Source: Woeseiaceae bacterium | Lineage (GTDB): Bacteria; Pseudomonadota; Gammaproteobacteria; Steroidobacterales; Woeseiaceae | DNA length: 64,000 nt | Assembly (NCBI GenBank): GCA_034521225.1 | Contig: JAXHMR010000016.1 | Span: forward strand, 21,532 to 85,531 | Reading direction: 5' to 3' | In this document: piece by piece, positions 24,276 through 35,112 of the stretch | Position numbering within the stretch: position 1 is the stretch's first letter | Layout of the letters: every line of letters begins with the position of its first letter | Translations under genes and position numbers: made by a program | The notes under the pieces: generated by a model | What the model saw: only the letters and a program-made list of their open reading frames with translations | Told to the model about the DNA's origin: nothing | The model's database searches: none

Positions 24276-25424
24276 ATGGAAATATCGTCGCTCAAGGACT
24301 TCTGGGCCCTGGTTGTCGACGTCTGGCAGGACGGCGTGTTCGGCATCCAGATCGCCGACACGCTGATCGCCCTGTTGATCCTGGGCTTCTTCCTGCTGGC
24401 GCGGAACCTGTTCACACGTATCGTCGTAAAAGCCCTGAAACGGGCGACGGCACGCACAAATACCGCCATCGACGACGCGATACTCGACGCTTTCAGCGCT
24501 CCAATCCGTTTTGTGCCGGTTGTGATGGGCGTGTTTTTTGCCACGAGCGCGCTCGACGTTGGCGAAGACACCGAAGCGTTTTTCTATAACGTCAATCGCT
24601 CGCTCGTCGCGTTTACGCTGTTCTGGGCTTTTTACCGGCTGACAACACCGGTCGGTCACGTGCTGCTGAAGGCAGAACGGTTTTTTACCGACGCAATGGT
24701 CAACTGGACGGTAAAAGCAGCGAAAGTGGTGTTCATCGTGATCGGCGCCGCCACCATTCTCGAGCTGTGGGGCATCGCCGTCGGCCCGATCATCGCCGGC
24801 CTCGGCCTGTTCGGCGTCGCCGTGGCGCTCGGCGCCCAGGACCTGTTCAAGAATCTCATCGCCGGCCTGTTCGTCATCGGCGAACGGCGCTTCAATGTCG
24901 GTGAATGGATCCTTGTCGATGGCATTGTCGAGGGCACGGTCCTGGAAGTCGGCTTCCGCACGACGACGGTGCGGCGTTTCGACCGCGCACCCGTGTACGT
25001 GCCGAACGCGCGCCTGGCCGACAACGCCGTCACGAACTTCACCCGCATGACGCATCGCCGGATCCGCTGGATCATTGGCGTCGAATACGGCACCAGCATC
25101 GACCAGCTGCGCGAGATTCGCGACCGTATCGAACGCTACGTGCTGGAGAACAGCGACTTTGCCAAACCGTCCGAGGTCTCCACTTTCGTCCGCATCGACG
25201 GCTTTTCGGACAGTTCCATCGACATCCTGCTGTACTGCTTTACGAATACGACGGTCTGGGGAGAATGGCTGGCAATCAAGGAACGGCTCGCCTACGAAAT
25301 CAAGGAAATTGTCACCACGGCCGGTAGCGGATTCGCATTCCCGAGCCGGTCGCTGTACCTCGAGTCGCTGCCCGAGGCGCCTGAAGTATTTCCGCTGTCG
25401 CCGCACCGGACCGCTGATTCGTGA
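24276..25424 (+). CDS. mscS: Small-conductance mechanosensitive channel (MscS family, YnaI-like)
   Basis: Several TM helices; AGLGLFGVAVALGAQDLFKNLIAG, GTVLEVGFRTT, YVPN, FAFPSRSLY. Confidence 0.9.
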   Translation: MEISSLKDFWALVVDVWQDGVFGIQIADTLIALLILGFFLLARNLFTRIVVKALKRATARTNTAIDDAILDAFSAPIRFVPVVMGVFFATSALDVGEDTEAFFYNVNRSLVAFTLFWAFYRLTTPVGHVLLKAERFFTDAMVNWTVKAAKVVFIVIGAATILELWGIAVGPIIAGLGLFGVAVALGAQDLFKNLIAGLFVIGERRFNVGEWILVDGIVEGTVLEVGFRTTTVRRFDRAPVYVPNARLADNAVTNFTRMTHRRIRWIIGVEYGTSIDQLREIRDRIERYVLENSDFAKPSEVSTFVRIDGFSDSSIDILLYCFTNTTVWGEWLAIKERLAYEIKEIVTTAGSGFAFPSRSLYLESLPEAPEVFPLSPHRTADS

Positions 25425-25571
25425 CGGCGACAGCCCACACGAGCGCTGGAACCCGTTTCATCTCTCGCATACGACACCTTCCCCGACCCGTCCCGGCTGC
25501 GCTACTGCCTGAATCTTGCCAGGGACTTCTGACCGGCACGCGCACTCCCGGGACGTCAGATGCTGCCACGG

Positions 25572-26130
25572 TCAGTGGGCCGTGGCAGCATCCCCGGTGA
25601 ATTCCCGCAGCCGTTTGTGTGTTGTGCCGGCTGCTGTCAAAAGCCATGAGCGAAATTGCCTGATCTGGTTCCTCCTGAGTGAACTCTCACGAAAACTGGC
25701 CCGGTACGCTGAGCCGGACCAAGCGCCTTGTTCTACCGGAAACGGCAGCGACAATCTGCCATCCTTGAGCTGCGGCGTGACGAGTGCTAAACCGCCAAGG
25801 ATCAATCCGGCGTTTGCATACACCGCTTCCAGGGCATGCAGAACTTTTTGTATCGAATACCTCTGCCGGGCGCGGTTTTACGATAGCCGTAGCGATTGAT
25901 CCAGTCGGGCCAGCCCAAGGCGCCGCCATCACCGGTGTAACAGTCAAGGTGCAGCAACGGGAATCCTTCCAGTATCTCTGCTTCAGGCCGGCCGGAAATT
26001 CTCCTGGTGTTCTCAGGTGATGCGATTGGCAGCAGGTAATCGGCAAACAGCAGGTCTTCAACAGGGCTGTTGCGTGCATTTCCGAACCAGATTTCACAGT
26101 CGGCCTGACCCAGTTTCAGTGGTACATCTA
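25572..26130 (-). pseudogene. LysR-family (GcvA-like) regulator, substrate-binding part only; N-terminal HTH missing
   Basis: VDVPLKLGQADCEI.FG..DYLLPIASP..FPLLH..WPDW..ALEAVYANAGLILGG..GRLSLPF..FRSWL; the reading frame is cut off near 26130. Confidence 0.75.
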
Positions 26131-26403
26131 CGACGCTTTATTGTAGAAAGGGACATTGCTGGAATCGGTTCGATGTCATTGACCGAGCTCTGCGGTGCAG
26201 CGCGTGCTTCGAACCAGGCCATTGAACAGATAGGCGGTGATGTCCAATGGCAGCACAGCTACGTTGCCAGCGACAAAACGTTCTGCGTGTACCTGGCGAG
26301 GGACGAGGCCACGATTGCAAAACATGCGGAGCTCAGCGGCATTCCGGTATCCAGTATCACTGAAGTGTCGCAAATTATCGATCCGTTGACGGCAAACAAC
26401 TGA
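26131..26403 (+). CDS. DUF4242 (SCO4226-like) small protein lacking its start codon
   Basis: RRFIVERDI.GIG...WQHSYV..DKTFCVYLA.DE..I.KHAELSGIP..ITEV..IIDP; no ATG or RBS at the expected position. Confidence 0.8.
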   Translation, partial: RRFIVERDIAGIGSMSLTELCGAARASNQAIEQIGGDVQWQHSYVASDKTFCVYLARDEATIAKHAELSGIPVSSITEVSQIIDPLTANN

Positions 26404-26619
26404 TCCACCGACACCGTCCGCCGCTCCGCGCGCCCGTACTCGCAAATCGCTCCTGCGTGAATATTTCGCACTAAAGCCCTGCTGTGACATTCAGCCGCAG
26501 CACTTTTTGGGCGCCCGCTGGCGGGTTTTCCCCCTGGTTTTCGATCTCTACAGGTAACAGGGCCAGGAGCGGATTGTGCGAGCGGTATCCGGCCCGCGAG
26601 TTCAAAAGGACACAACAAT

Positions 26620-27201
26620 ATGAATCTTTATTTCCGATTGCTGCGCGCGTACCTGAACGGACTGATGGGTGGCCGCCTGAAGCACTCCGATGCCGCGGAA
26701 AGCCGCTTCCGTGTGTGGCTGCACGATCTCGACGCCTTCGGACACATGAACAACGGACGTTACCTGCAGATTATGGACGTCGCGCGAACGGAGTGGATGA
26801 CACGTGTTGGCGTGTTCGCTGCCATGCGGCGTCACAAGTGGTCTGCGCTACTGGGCGGTGGTGTGGTCCGCTATCGCTATTCGTTGCGCATGCTTCAGGT
26901 CTACCGGGTTCGTACCCGCCTGTTGCACTGGGACCGTCGCTGGTTCTACCTGGAACATGCCTTTATTGATAAGAGCGGACGCTGTGTTGCGGCGGGCGTA
27001 ACCCGCGCCGGTATCCGCGGTAACGGCAATTGGGTGCCGGCCGTCCAGGTGGTGGCAGCCGTTGGCGCCGATGCCGATCCGCCGCCGGTGGCGCCGCCCT
27101 ACCTGCGCACCTGGCTGAAGCTTGAGGACGAGTTGTTTGCGGCTGCTGAGGCGCATGCATCACACGCATGTCAGGCACCCAACGCCGGGAGCCTGCACTG
27201 A
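26620..27201 (+). CDS. Hotdog-fold acyl-CoA thioesterase family protein
   Basis: MNLYFRLL, FRVWLHDLDAFGHMNNGRYLQIMDVAR, WDRRWFYLEH; RBS AAGGA. Confidence 0.88.
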   Translation: MNLYFRLLRAYLNGLMGGRLKHSDAAESRFRVWLHDLDAFGHMNNGRYLQIMDVARTEWMTRVGVFAAMRRHKWSALLGGGVVRYRYSLRMLQVYRVRTRLLHWDRRWFYLEHAFIDKSGRCVAAGVTRAGIRGNGNWVPAVQVVAAVGADADPPPVAPPYLRTWLKLEDELFAAAEAHASHACQAPNAGSLH

Positions 27202-30200
27202 TGTTTCTTGACCGGCAGCATACCGAGCGGTTCTTTCGCCGGGTAACCGCGAGGCCGGTACTCACCCTTGTCCTCGGTGTCCTGGTGATTGCCTACTTTG
27301 CAGCCGGGCTGACGCGACTGGTCAAGGATACGTCTATCGAGGCATTCATCCCGGACGATCACCCGTCACTGCTGGCGAACGACCGGGCGGAAGAGATCTT
27401 CGGCATCTCGAAACCGATCGTCGTGGCCGTCATGACTGACGATGGCGGTTCGGTTTTTCGACCGGCAATACTGGACCTGATGACCGACCTGACAGAACAG
27501 GTGGCGGCGCTGCCAAATATTCGCGCCAATCGGGTCTCCAGCATCGCGACCGAGTCCTCAATTGCAGGCAGGGACGGTGAATTGCTTGTTGAGTCATACG
27601 TTCCGCACCCGGGCCTCTCAGAGTTGCAAGCTGCAGATGCAGCGAGGCGCTGGCGAGCCATGCCTCCCCACATCGGCGCACTTGTCAGCGAAGATGAGGA
27701 CGGTGCACTAATCATTGCGGAACTGATTGATGACAACCAGGCAGCCGATACTTATGACGCGCTGCTTGCAATGGCCGCGGCGTATTCGGACCGTGACGTC
27801 GAGATTCTGGTTTCAGGGCCTGCAGCGGTAAGCGGTTACCTTGGCGCATACATCGATCGCGATGCACGCATGCTCCAGCCGATGGTTTTTCTTGTCGTCC
27901 TCAGCTTCATTTACCTGGCGTTTCGCCGCACAACGGCGTTGCTCGGACCGGTGATTGTCATCCTGGGTTCCGCAGGCGGCGCACTGGGATTGATGGCCTG
28001 GGCGGGTACGCCGTACTTCGCAATTACCAACGCGCTGCCTGTCATCCTGGTTGCAATAGCCGTTGCTGATGCGATCCATATACTCTCGGCCTATTATGTG
28101 CTGCGAGCGCAGGATGAAAAGGGCGATGTCCGCGGGCAGGTGATTCTTGCGATGGTCGAGATGGCCCGGCCTGTCACACTGACTACGTTGACAACGATGG
28201 CGGGATTTGCCGGCATCGGATTGGCCTCGATCATGCCGCCGATCGAATACTTTGCATGGTATGCAGCACTCGGTGTGGCGCTTGCATGGGCCTTCTCGAT
28301 CCTTGTACTGCCGAATATCCTGTTGCTGCTGCAACCTGCTGCCAGCCCGGCCTTTTCCAGCTGGCAGATGCGGCGCCCCGACCCGATCGGGAGCGTCCTC
28401 GCCCGCTTCGGTATTGCTTCAATACGTCGCCCATGGATCACGTTGACACTGTTTGCACTTGCCATCGTCGTCGCATCCGTCGGTGCAGCCCAACTTCGTG
28501 TCGATCGGTCTCAAGTTGAAAACTTCAGCATTGATGAACCGGTACGAATTGCTGATGAGCGCATAAACCAGGAATTCGCGGGTACTGCCCTGCTGGATGT
28601 GGTCATTGATGCCGACGAGCCGGAGGGGCTACTCGGTGCGCGTGCCATGGCGAAGATTCTTGCGCTGCAGGAATACTTCGAGACGCTGCCGCACGTGCAG
28701 AAAACTGCTTCAATTGCCGACTACGTCGGATTATTGCACGGCGCGATAGAAGCAACCGCGACGACACGGGAACTACCCGTCACAGACGATGCGATAGGCC
28801 AGTACCTGTTCGTCTACGAAGTGTCAGGCGACCCCACCGATTTCGAGGAGGAGATCGATTACGGATACCAGACCGCATTGGTACGCGGCGTACTGAATGC
28901 GCACCTGTACAGCCAGACGCGACAGACGGTTGAGGCACTGCAGTACTACATAGAAACCGAATTCAATGAGCCAGGCCTGACCGCGACACTGGCTGGCGAT
29001 GTCAACATCAATTACCACTGGATGAGCCGGCTGGAGGATTCGCATTTTCTGGGTGTCGGTCTGTCGCTGCTGATGGTGCTGGTGATTTCGAGCCTGATAT
29101 TCGGCACCGTTCTCGCAGGAATGGTCGCAGTGGTACCTGTCAGCTTCACGGTCCTTGTGCTTTACGGCGTGATGGGATTCGCCGGTGTGCACCTCGCGCC
29201 AGCCACGTCCATGCTTTGCGGCGATCTCCGTTGGTGTAGGCGTCGATTTCGCGATTCACCTGATCGATCGCCTGCGTCAGGCAATGGCACGGTACCACGG
29301 CAACCTTGAGCAGGCTGTTGCTGCCGTAATGCCGGGGACAGCCCGCGCCTGTTTCTTCAACGCCATGGCACTTGGCCTGGGCTTTGCTGTGCTGATGTCC
29401 AGCGAGTTGCCGACACTGCAGCGTTTCGGAGGCCTCGTAACGGTGGCGGCGCTCGCAAGCTTCGGAACTGCCCTCTGTATCGTGCCGGCACTTTTCGCCG
29501 CCAACGAAGCACTGCGCGGCACGTCACTGCGGCGAGTACTGCAGGGGGTTACGCGCTGTTCATTGCTGATGACTTTGATCGCAGGAATCCTTGCTGCTCT
29601 GTCGACCAGTGCGCTGGCAGAACCCGACGGCCGGGAAATTGCAGCAATGGTTGAGGCGCGTGAAGAGGGCAGTGCTACGCGCCGCATCATTCAGATGACA
29701 TTGACGCCGCAGCGGGGCAGACAACGCGAACGCACAGCAGTCGTACTGAAGCATCGCGATGAGGAGACCCGCAAAACGCGCATCACCTATACAGCTCCAA
29801 AACGGGCGCGTGGTATTTCATTCCTCAGTCACGACTATCCGGCATCGGACCGGGCGGATGACCGCTGGTTGTACACGCCGGCAATCCGCAAGGTGCGCCG
29901 TATACCGGCTACGGAGCGGGGCAAGAGCTTCCAGGGCACCGACTTCAGCTACGAGGATGTACAGTCCGATCTCAAGTTTGACCTCGATGATTACCGCTTC
30001 AGTTACGTAGGACGTGATGAGTCGGCCGGCGCGGTCCGGCATCGGATTTCCGGCAAGCCGGTGTCGACAGCCATCGCGCGTGAACTCGGCTACGGCGGAT
30101 TCGATGCTGTCATTGATGAGACATCGTGGCTGCCGGTCCGCATCGATTTCACAGATCCGCAAGCGGAGCCGCTGAAGACCGTGACGATCACGGACATCCG

Positions 30201-30354
30201 GAATATCAGCGGCTATTGGACGCCGACATTGATCGAAGCTGTCAATCACCAGACCGGGCACCGCACCACGTTTCACTACGAGGACGTATCGTATCCGGAC
30301 TCACTGGCCGGGCACCTGTTCGTGCCCGGCAGCCTGCAGCGCGGATTGCCGTAA
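27201..30354 (+). CDS. MMPL/RND-family transporter apparently fused to a C-terminal LolA-like (outer-membrane lipoprotein-sorting) domain; one frameshift near 29215
   Basis: Two RND repeats (IAVADAIH; LTTLTTMAGF; GVGVDFAIH) continue without a stop into a LolA-like domain (RGISFLS.D...DDRWLYTPAIRKVRRI...SFQGTDFSYED...GYWTPT.IEAVNHQTGHRT). Confidence 0.8.
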
Positions 30355-30369
30355 GTAGGGGAAACGCCG

Positions 30370-31672
30370 TTGAGATATGTATTCCTTGTATCACTTGCCT
30401 GTCTCGTGTGTTCGATTGCGAACAGCGCAGGGCTGCAGTCGGCGGAGCTGCGCGCCGAGCTTCTCTATGGCTACAGCACCGTTGCCAGTTCGGCCCTCGA
30501 AGCGGGACTGGAACTGGAACCGGCATTCGAGTACCGGTTCGGTGATAGCAGCCGCCTCGTATTCTCTGCACGCCTGCGCTGGGATGCAGAGGACCGCCTC
30601 GCACCGGGCAAGCCGGATGTGGAGACCTACGATGGTGCTGTCCAGGCCCTGGACTGTTGGCAGCAACGCGGTTGCGGAAATGCGGGATGCGTACCTGCAG
30701 ATCGATCTGCCGCGCGGCTTGCTGCGCATGGGCAAGCAGCAAATCGCCTGGGGTGCACTGGATGGACTGAAGATCATGGACTCGCTGAACCCGCAGAATT
30801 TTCGGGAATTCATCCTTGAGGATTTTGCAGACTCACGTATCGGGCTCTGGAGCGTTTATGCTGATGTAACACGCGGCAACTGGCGCGCGGAACTTGCGTG
30901 GATTCCCGATACAACCGGCCATGAAATACCAGCGCCGGGTGCCTGGTTCGAACTCGTCGCGCCACGCTTCCGTTACGGTGCCGAACCCGACGCGCCACGC
31001 CCGCCGACGACCACGATCCGCCCGGATACTGCAATTGACGACGCCACGATTGGCGTGCGGATATCGAGGTTACTGGGCGGCTGGGACCTGGGACTGGTGG
31101 CCATTTCCGGTTATGACTTCGAGCCACTCGGCAGGCTGGTGTCATCGCCGACTGGGCCCGTGCTGGAACGCTATTATGCGCGCCGCGAGCTGCTGGGCAT
31201 CAGTGCAGGCACGTCGCTGGGCGCGGTTGCAATGCGTGCCGAGGTCTCGTACAGGCCGGAGCGAATGTTCAACCTGCGTGACGATACGGAACTTGTATCG
31301 GAACCACTGGACCAGTACTCGGTTGGCCTCGGCATCGACATGTCCGGACCGTTCGACACGTTTATCAATTTGCAATACGTTCTGGACCACGTGCAATCCG
31401 CGCCGGACACGCTTGTCCGGCCGCGCACCGACCGCCTGGTGACTTTACTGCTGCGACGGAACTTCGCTTACGACACTGTCACTGCCGAGCTGCGCTGGTA
31501 CCGGTATGCCGGGAAAGGCGATGAGTTGCTGCGCGCGGCGCTGGCATACGTGATTGGCGAAGAAACGTCGCTGCGCCTCGGACTGGACGTATTTCGCGGT
31601 GATGCCGATGGCCTGTTCGGGCAATTCAACGATCGTGACCGCATTACGCTCAGTGTGGAGCACTACTTTTGA
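30370..31672 (+). CDS. Predicted outer-membrane beta-barrel protein (DUF1302-like), frameshifted
   Basis: Signal peptide; LRDAY-type and RMGKQQIAWG.LDG motifs; GLFGQFNDRDRI..SVEHYF with terminal Phe; typical partner of MMPL + LolA-like genes. Confidence 0.7.
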
Positions 31673-31823
31673 AAAAACAGCGGCTGATCCACACCTGCGA
31701 CCGTCATCAGCGACCGTCGGCTGATGATATTGAGGCCCGGCTCACGCCCGGCGCCGGCAGCGAGGTATTCCGGCGCTGCCGGCTCCAGTTGCCCGATACA
31801 GGTTCGGGGCAACGCCGCGGACT

Positions 31824-32378
31824 CTACTCGCTTGTCTCCTTCATCAAGGCCGCGATACGCGAACGGGCTGTGGACCATAATCCGCTCGACTGAGCGCGAT
31901 GACACGCCCAGCGCTTCAGCAGACTCCTCCGTTGTCAGGCCGGCAAAATAGCGGCACTCGAACACACGGACGAGGCGCTCGTCTTCAGATTCGAGAACAG
32001 CCAGCAGCTCGTCAACCTGCAACAGAAACTCCGCATTTTCCTGCACATCATCGTGGACGCGGCTATCGTTGAATGTCACCTGTTGACCTTGCCGCTTACC
32101 GGCCGTTGCATAGCGAACTTCATCGACAATGACCTGGCGCATGATGGTGGCGGCGAGCGCAAAGAACTGCTGGCGGTCCTCAGGCTTCAGATCCCCACCC
32201 GAAAGCAATTTCAGGAAGGTCTCGTTGACCAGTGTCGTTGCGCCAAGATTATGATTCCCGCGTGTACGATGCGCGCCATCGCTTTCAGCTCCGGGTACAG
32301 GATCGAGGCCAGGCGATCCAGTGCGCCGGTGTCGCCGGCGCGGCAGGCATCAAGCAGGATTGTGATTTCGGAGGGCAT
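31824..32378 (-). CDS. ECF-type sigma factor (kinase-associated, TIGR02999-like), frameshifted
   Basis: MPSEITILL...GD..ALDRL...YPELK, TTLVNETFL, FFALAATIMRQVIVD, VFECRYFAGLTTEESAEALGVSSRSVER.W..AR. Confidence 0.85.
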
Positions 32379-32395
32379 GAGGATCAGCCTGCAGG

Positions 32396-32671
32396 CTAAC
32401 CTTCTCCAGGCAGGCGTGCCTGGGATCCAAGTTCCATCGATTCGCTGTCACTGCCGGGAGAGATCTTGATAGCGACATCGCGCTCAAAACTGCCGTCGAT
32501 GCGCTCGGCGCGGAAGACGCGACTCATGCCCCCTTCGGCGATAAGCCCGGTAATGCGGCAATCACCCAGCTCTCGGCCCACCAGCTTGTCCGTACCAGTC
32601 GCAGCTAGCCGCGACAGAACCTCCAGTCCGCCCCCGGTTGACAGGGGGTCGTTATTATTATCATTGGTCAT
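32396..32671 (-). pseudogene. Ser/Thr protein kinase 5' stump (subdomains I-II only)
   Basis: LGDCRITGLIAEGGMSRVFRAERIDGSFERDVAIKI (Gly-loop and VAIK) followed by about 20 unrelated residues and a stop. Confidence 0.8.
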
Positions 32672-32784
32672 AGACCGGATTTTCCGCTGGCCTGAGCGTG
32701 ATTGATTCTGCATATCGACAACAAGATTGCAATTCTGTGCAACAGGCAGCACGGAACAGAGCCGCCGAATCCGGATCGGCAAGC

Positions 32785-33529
32785 GCTGAAACTCGATCCG
32801 CGACCCGTCCCAGGCGAACAGCCCGCCGCTGTCCGCGGGCCCGAGCTCGTCGATGACCTTGAGCAGGTAATCTGCGGACTGCCGCGGCGAGAACAGCTTG
32901 TCTTCGGGTGTAGAATCGGTAAACGGTTTCGACAGCCGCGTATCCACCGTGCCCGGGTGCAGCGTCACGACGATCGAGTTCGGATGGCGCCGGCCCTGCT
33001 CAATGGCGATCGTCTTCACCAGCTGGTTCAGGGCCGCCTTCGACGCGCGGTACGACGCCCAGCCGCCGAGCCGGTTGTCGCTGATGCTGCCGACCCGCGC
33101 CGACAGCGCGGCGAACATGGTCTTCTTCCGCTGCCGTAGCTTCGGCAGGAAGTGCTTCGCTACCAGCGCCGGCCCGGTTGCGTTGATTGCGAGCACGGCT
33201 GCAAGCGATGCCGGGTCGAGCTCGCTCAGGCGCCGTTCCGGTCGCAGATCGTCGCCGCGGTGCAGGATGCCGGTCAGTACCAGGACCAGGTCCAGTTCGA
33301 GGTCGCCCGTCGATGCGGCCGCGGCCTCGATCGATCCTTCGTCAGTGATGTCGATCGCATGCCAGGTTGCTGCTTCGCCTGGAAGCGTCGTTTCACGGCG
33401 CGAAAACGCGAACAGTCTTGTTACACCAGGGTCCGCCGCCAGCACTTCGCAAAACGCGCCGCCGATGCCGCCGGACGCGCCGATCACAGCGACATTTATG
33501 TTGTTTCCGAATGATGTGAGCCTGCTCAT
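32785..33529 (-). CDS. Short-chain dehydrogenase/reductase (CsgA/C-factor-like)
   Basis: VIGASGGIG, LSARVGSISDNRLGGWASYRASKAALN, LHPGTVDT.LS.PF, FAWDGSRIEF; the stop appears to be lost through an error. Confidence 0.9.
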
Positions 33530-35033
33530 GACGACTGCTTTTTCGTGTAACGCCCGAGGAACGCTGCGGCTTTACCGAATATCGCCTCCCGACGATCATC
33601 GTCGAGACGATCGAGCGCCCGCGGCATCAGCGCAAGGCGCGGGTTAGTTTCGAAAAAGTCCCGGTGCCGGTCAATGAAGCGCCAGTAGAGGCCGTCGACC
33701 GTATCGCACCAGTCTCCCTTGCCGTAATCACTCATCTTGCGCAGGTAGTTCGAGCCGCAGATGTAGGGTTTGGTCGCAAAAATGCCGCCGTCGCTGAAGA
33801 TGCCCATGCCATAGACGTTCGGTCCCATGACCCATTCCGACGAGTCGACGTACATCTCCATGAACCAGTCGTGCGCGGCCTTCGGTTCGATCTCGCAGAG
33901 CGTCATCATGTTGCCCATCACCATCAGCCGCGGGATGTGATGCGTCCAGCCGAGACGCTTCGCGGTGCGGATCGTATCGTCCACAACCGGGATGCCGGTA
34001 GAGCCTTCGTACCAGGCGTCCGTAAGCTTGCGATCGTGGTTCCAGAAGTTTTCCTTCGCCTGGCGCTCGCCGAATTCGCGGTAGATGCCGCGGACGAATT
34101 CGCGCCAGCCGATCACCTGGCGGATAAAGCCCTCGGTGCTCGCCAGCGGGATGTCGTTTTCCTCCGCGTGCTCGAGCACGCGCTCGACGACCTCTTCGGG
34201 CGTGATCAGTCCGAGGTTCAGAAGCGGTGAAAGCAGGCTGTGGAACACCGTGTCCGAGCGCGTCGAGATGGCGTCTTCGTACGGCCCGAACCGTTCGAGG
34301 CGCCGGTCGAGGAAGCCGCGCAGCCAGGCTAGCGCCCCGCGGCGCGTCGTCGGCCACCAGAATTCCCGCGCGTCGCCGGAATGAGAGCCGAAGGTCTGCC
34401 TGACGAGCGGAATCAGCGTCGCGGTGTGCCGCGTGTGTTTCTCCGCGTCGATCGCGGGCGGCGTCACGTCCTGCGGCAGCTTCTTGCGGTTTTCTTCGTC
34501 GAAACTCCAGCGGCCGCCCGTCGGTTCGCCATCGGCGTCGACGAGTATCTCCAGCCGGCGCCGCTCGGATTTGTAGAATTCGGCCATCGACACGCGCTCG
34601 CGGTCTCTCGCGAACGCGGCGAAGCGCTCGCGGCTGCAGCGGAACATCGGCGATTCCAGTTGTTTGCGCTCGAGGCCGCGCTCTTCGGCAAACGAGATGA
34701 TGCGCGACTCCATGGGCCGGTCCTCGATCTCGAAATGCAGGACACGGGTCGCGCCGCTCCTGTCCAGCGCGTCGGCGAGATGGTCCTCGTAGCCGCGGTG
34801 GGCGTCCGGATTGAGCTCGACGTACGTTACCTCGTACCCGGCAGCGCCAAGTTCCTCCGCGTAGCTGCGCATCGCCGAGAGAACAGCACGATTTTCTGCT
34901 GGTGATGGCGGAAATCCGTGCATAGCCCCATGTCTTCGCACATGAAGACGCTTACCTCGTCCGCATCGGGCAGCTGCCGTCGCGGGAACAGCTGGTTCCC
35001 GAGAATCAACAGCATTGGTATCGAATCGCGCAT
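33526..35033 (-). CDS. Cryptochrome/photolyase family protein, bacterial (6-4) photolyase / PhrB-like class, frameshifted
   Basis: LILGNQLF, HHQQKIVLF.SAMR, GGRWSFDEENRK, FGPYEDA, FHSLLSPLLNLGL, EGFIRQVIGWREF, HHIPRLMV, WVMGPNVYGM, TKPYICGSNY. Confidence 0.9.
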
Positions 35034-35112
35034 CGCGCAAGAAGGTTAACACTGCAGGCTTGCTCGCGAGCACCGGGGCCGCAGGGTGTTACAAATTATT
35101 ACCGGCGAAGCT

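Noticed and set aside
24234-25406. Long antisense ORFs (for example 24234-25406, 48679-49800, 22555-23670)
   Set aside because: They are shadows of real genes on the opposite strand in high-GC DNA and have no recognisable motifs.
32396-33529. Apparent SDR-kinase fusion (377-aa ORF)
   Set aside because: The SDR ends at its normal WDGSRIEF terminus and the linker looks like intergenic DNA. A lost stop codon is the simpler explanation.
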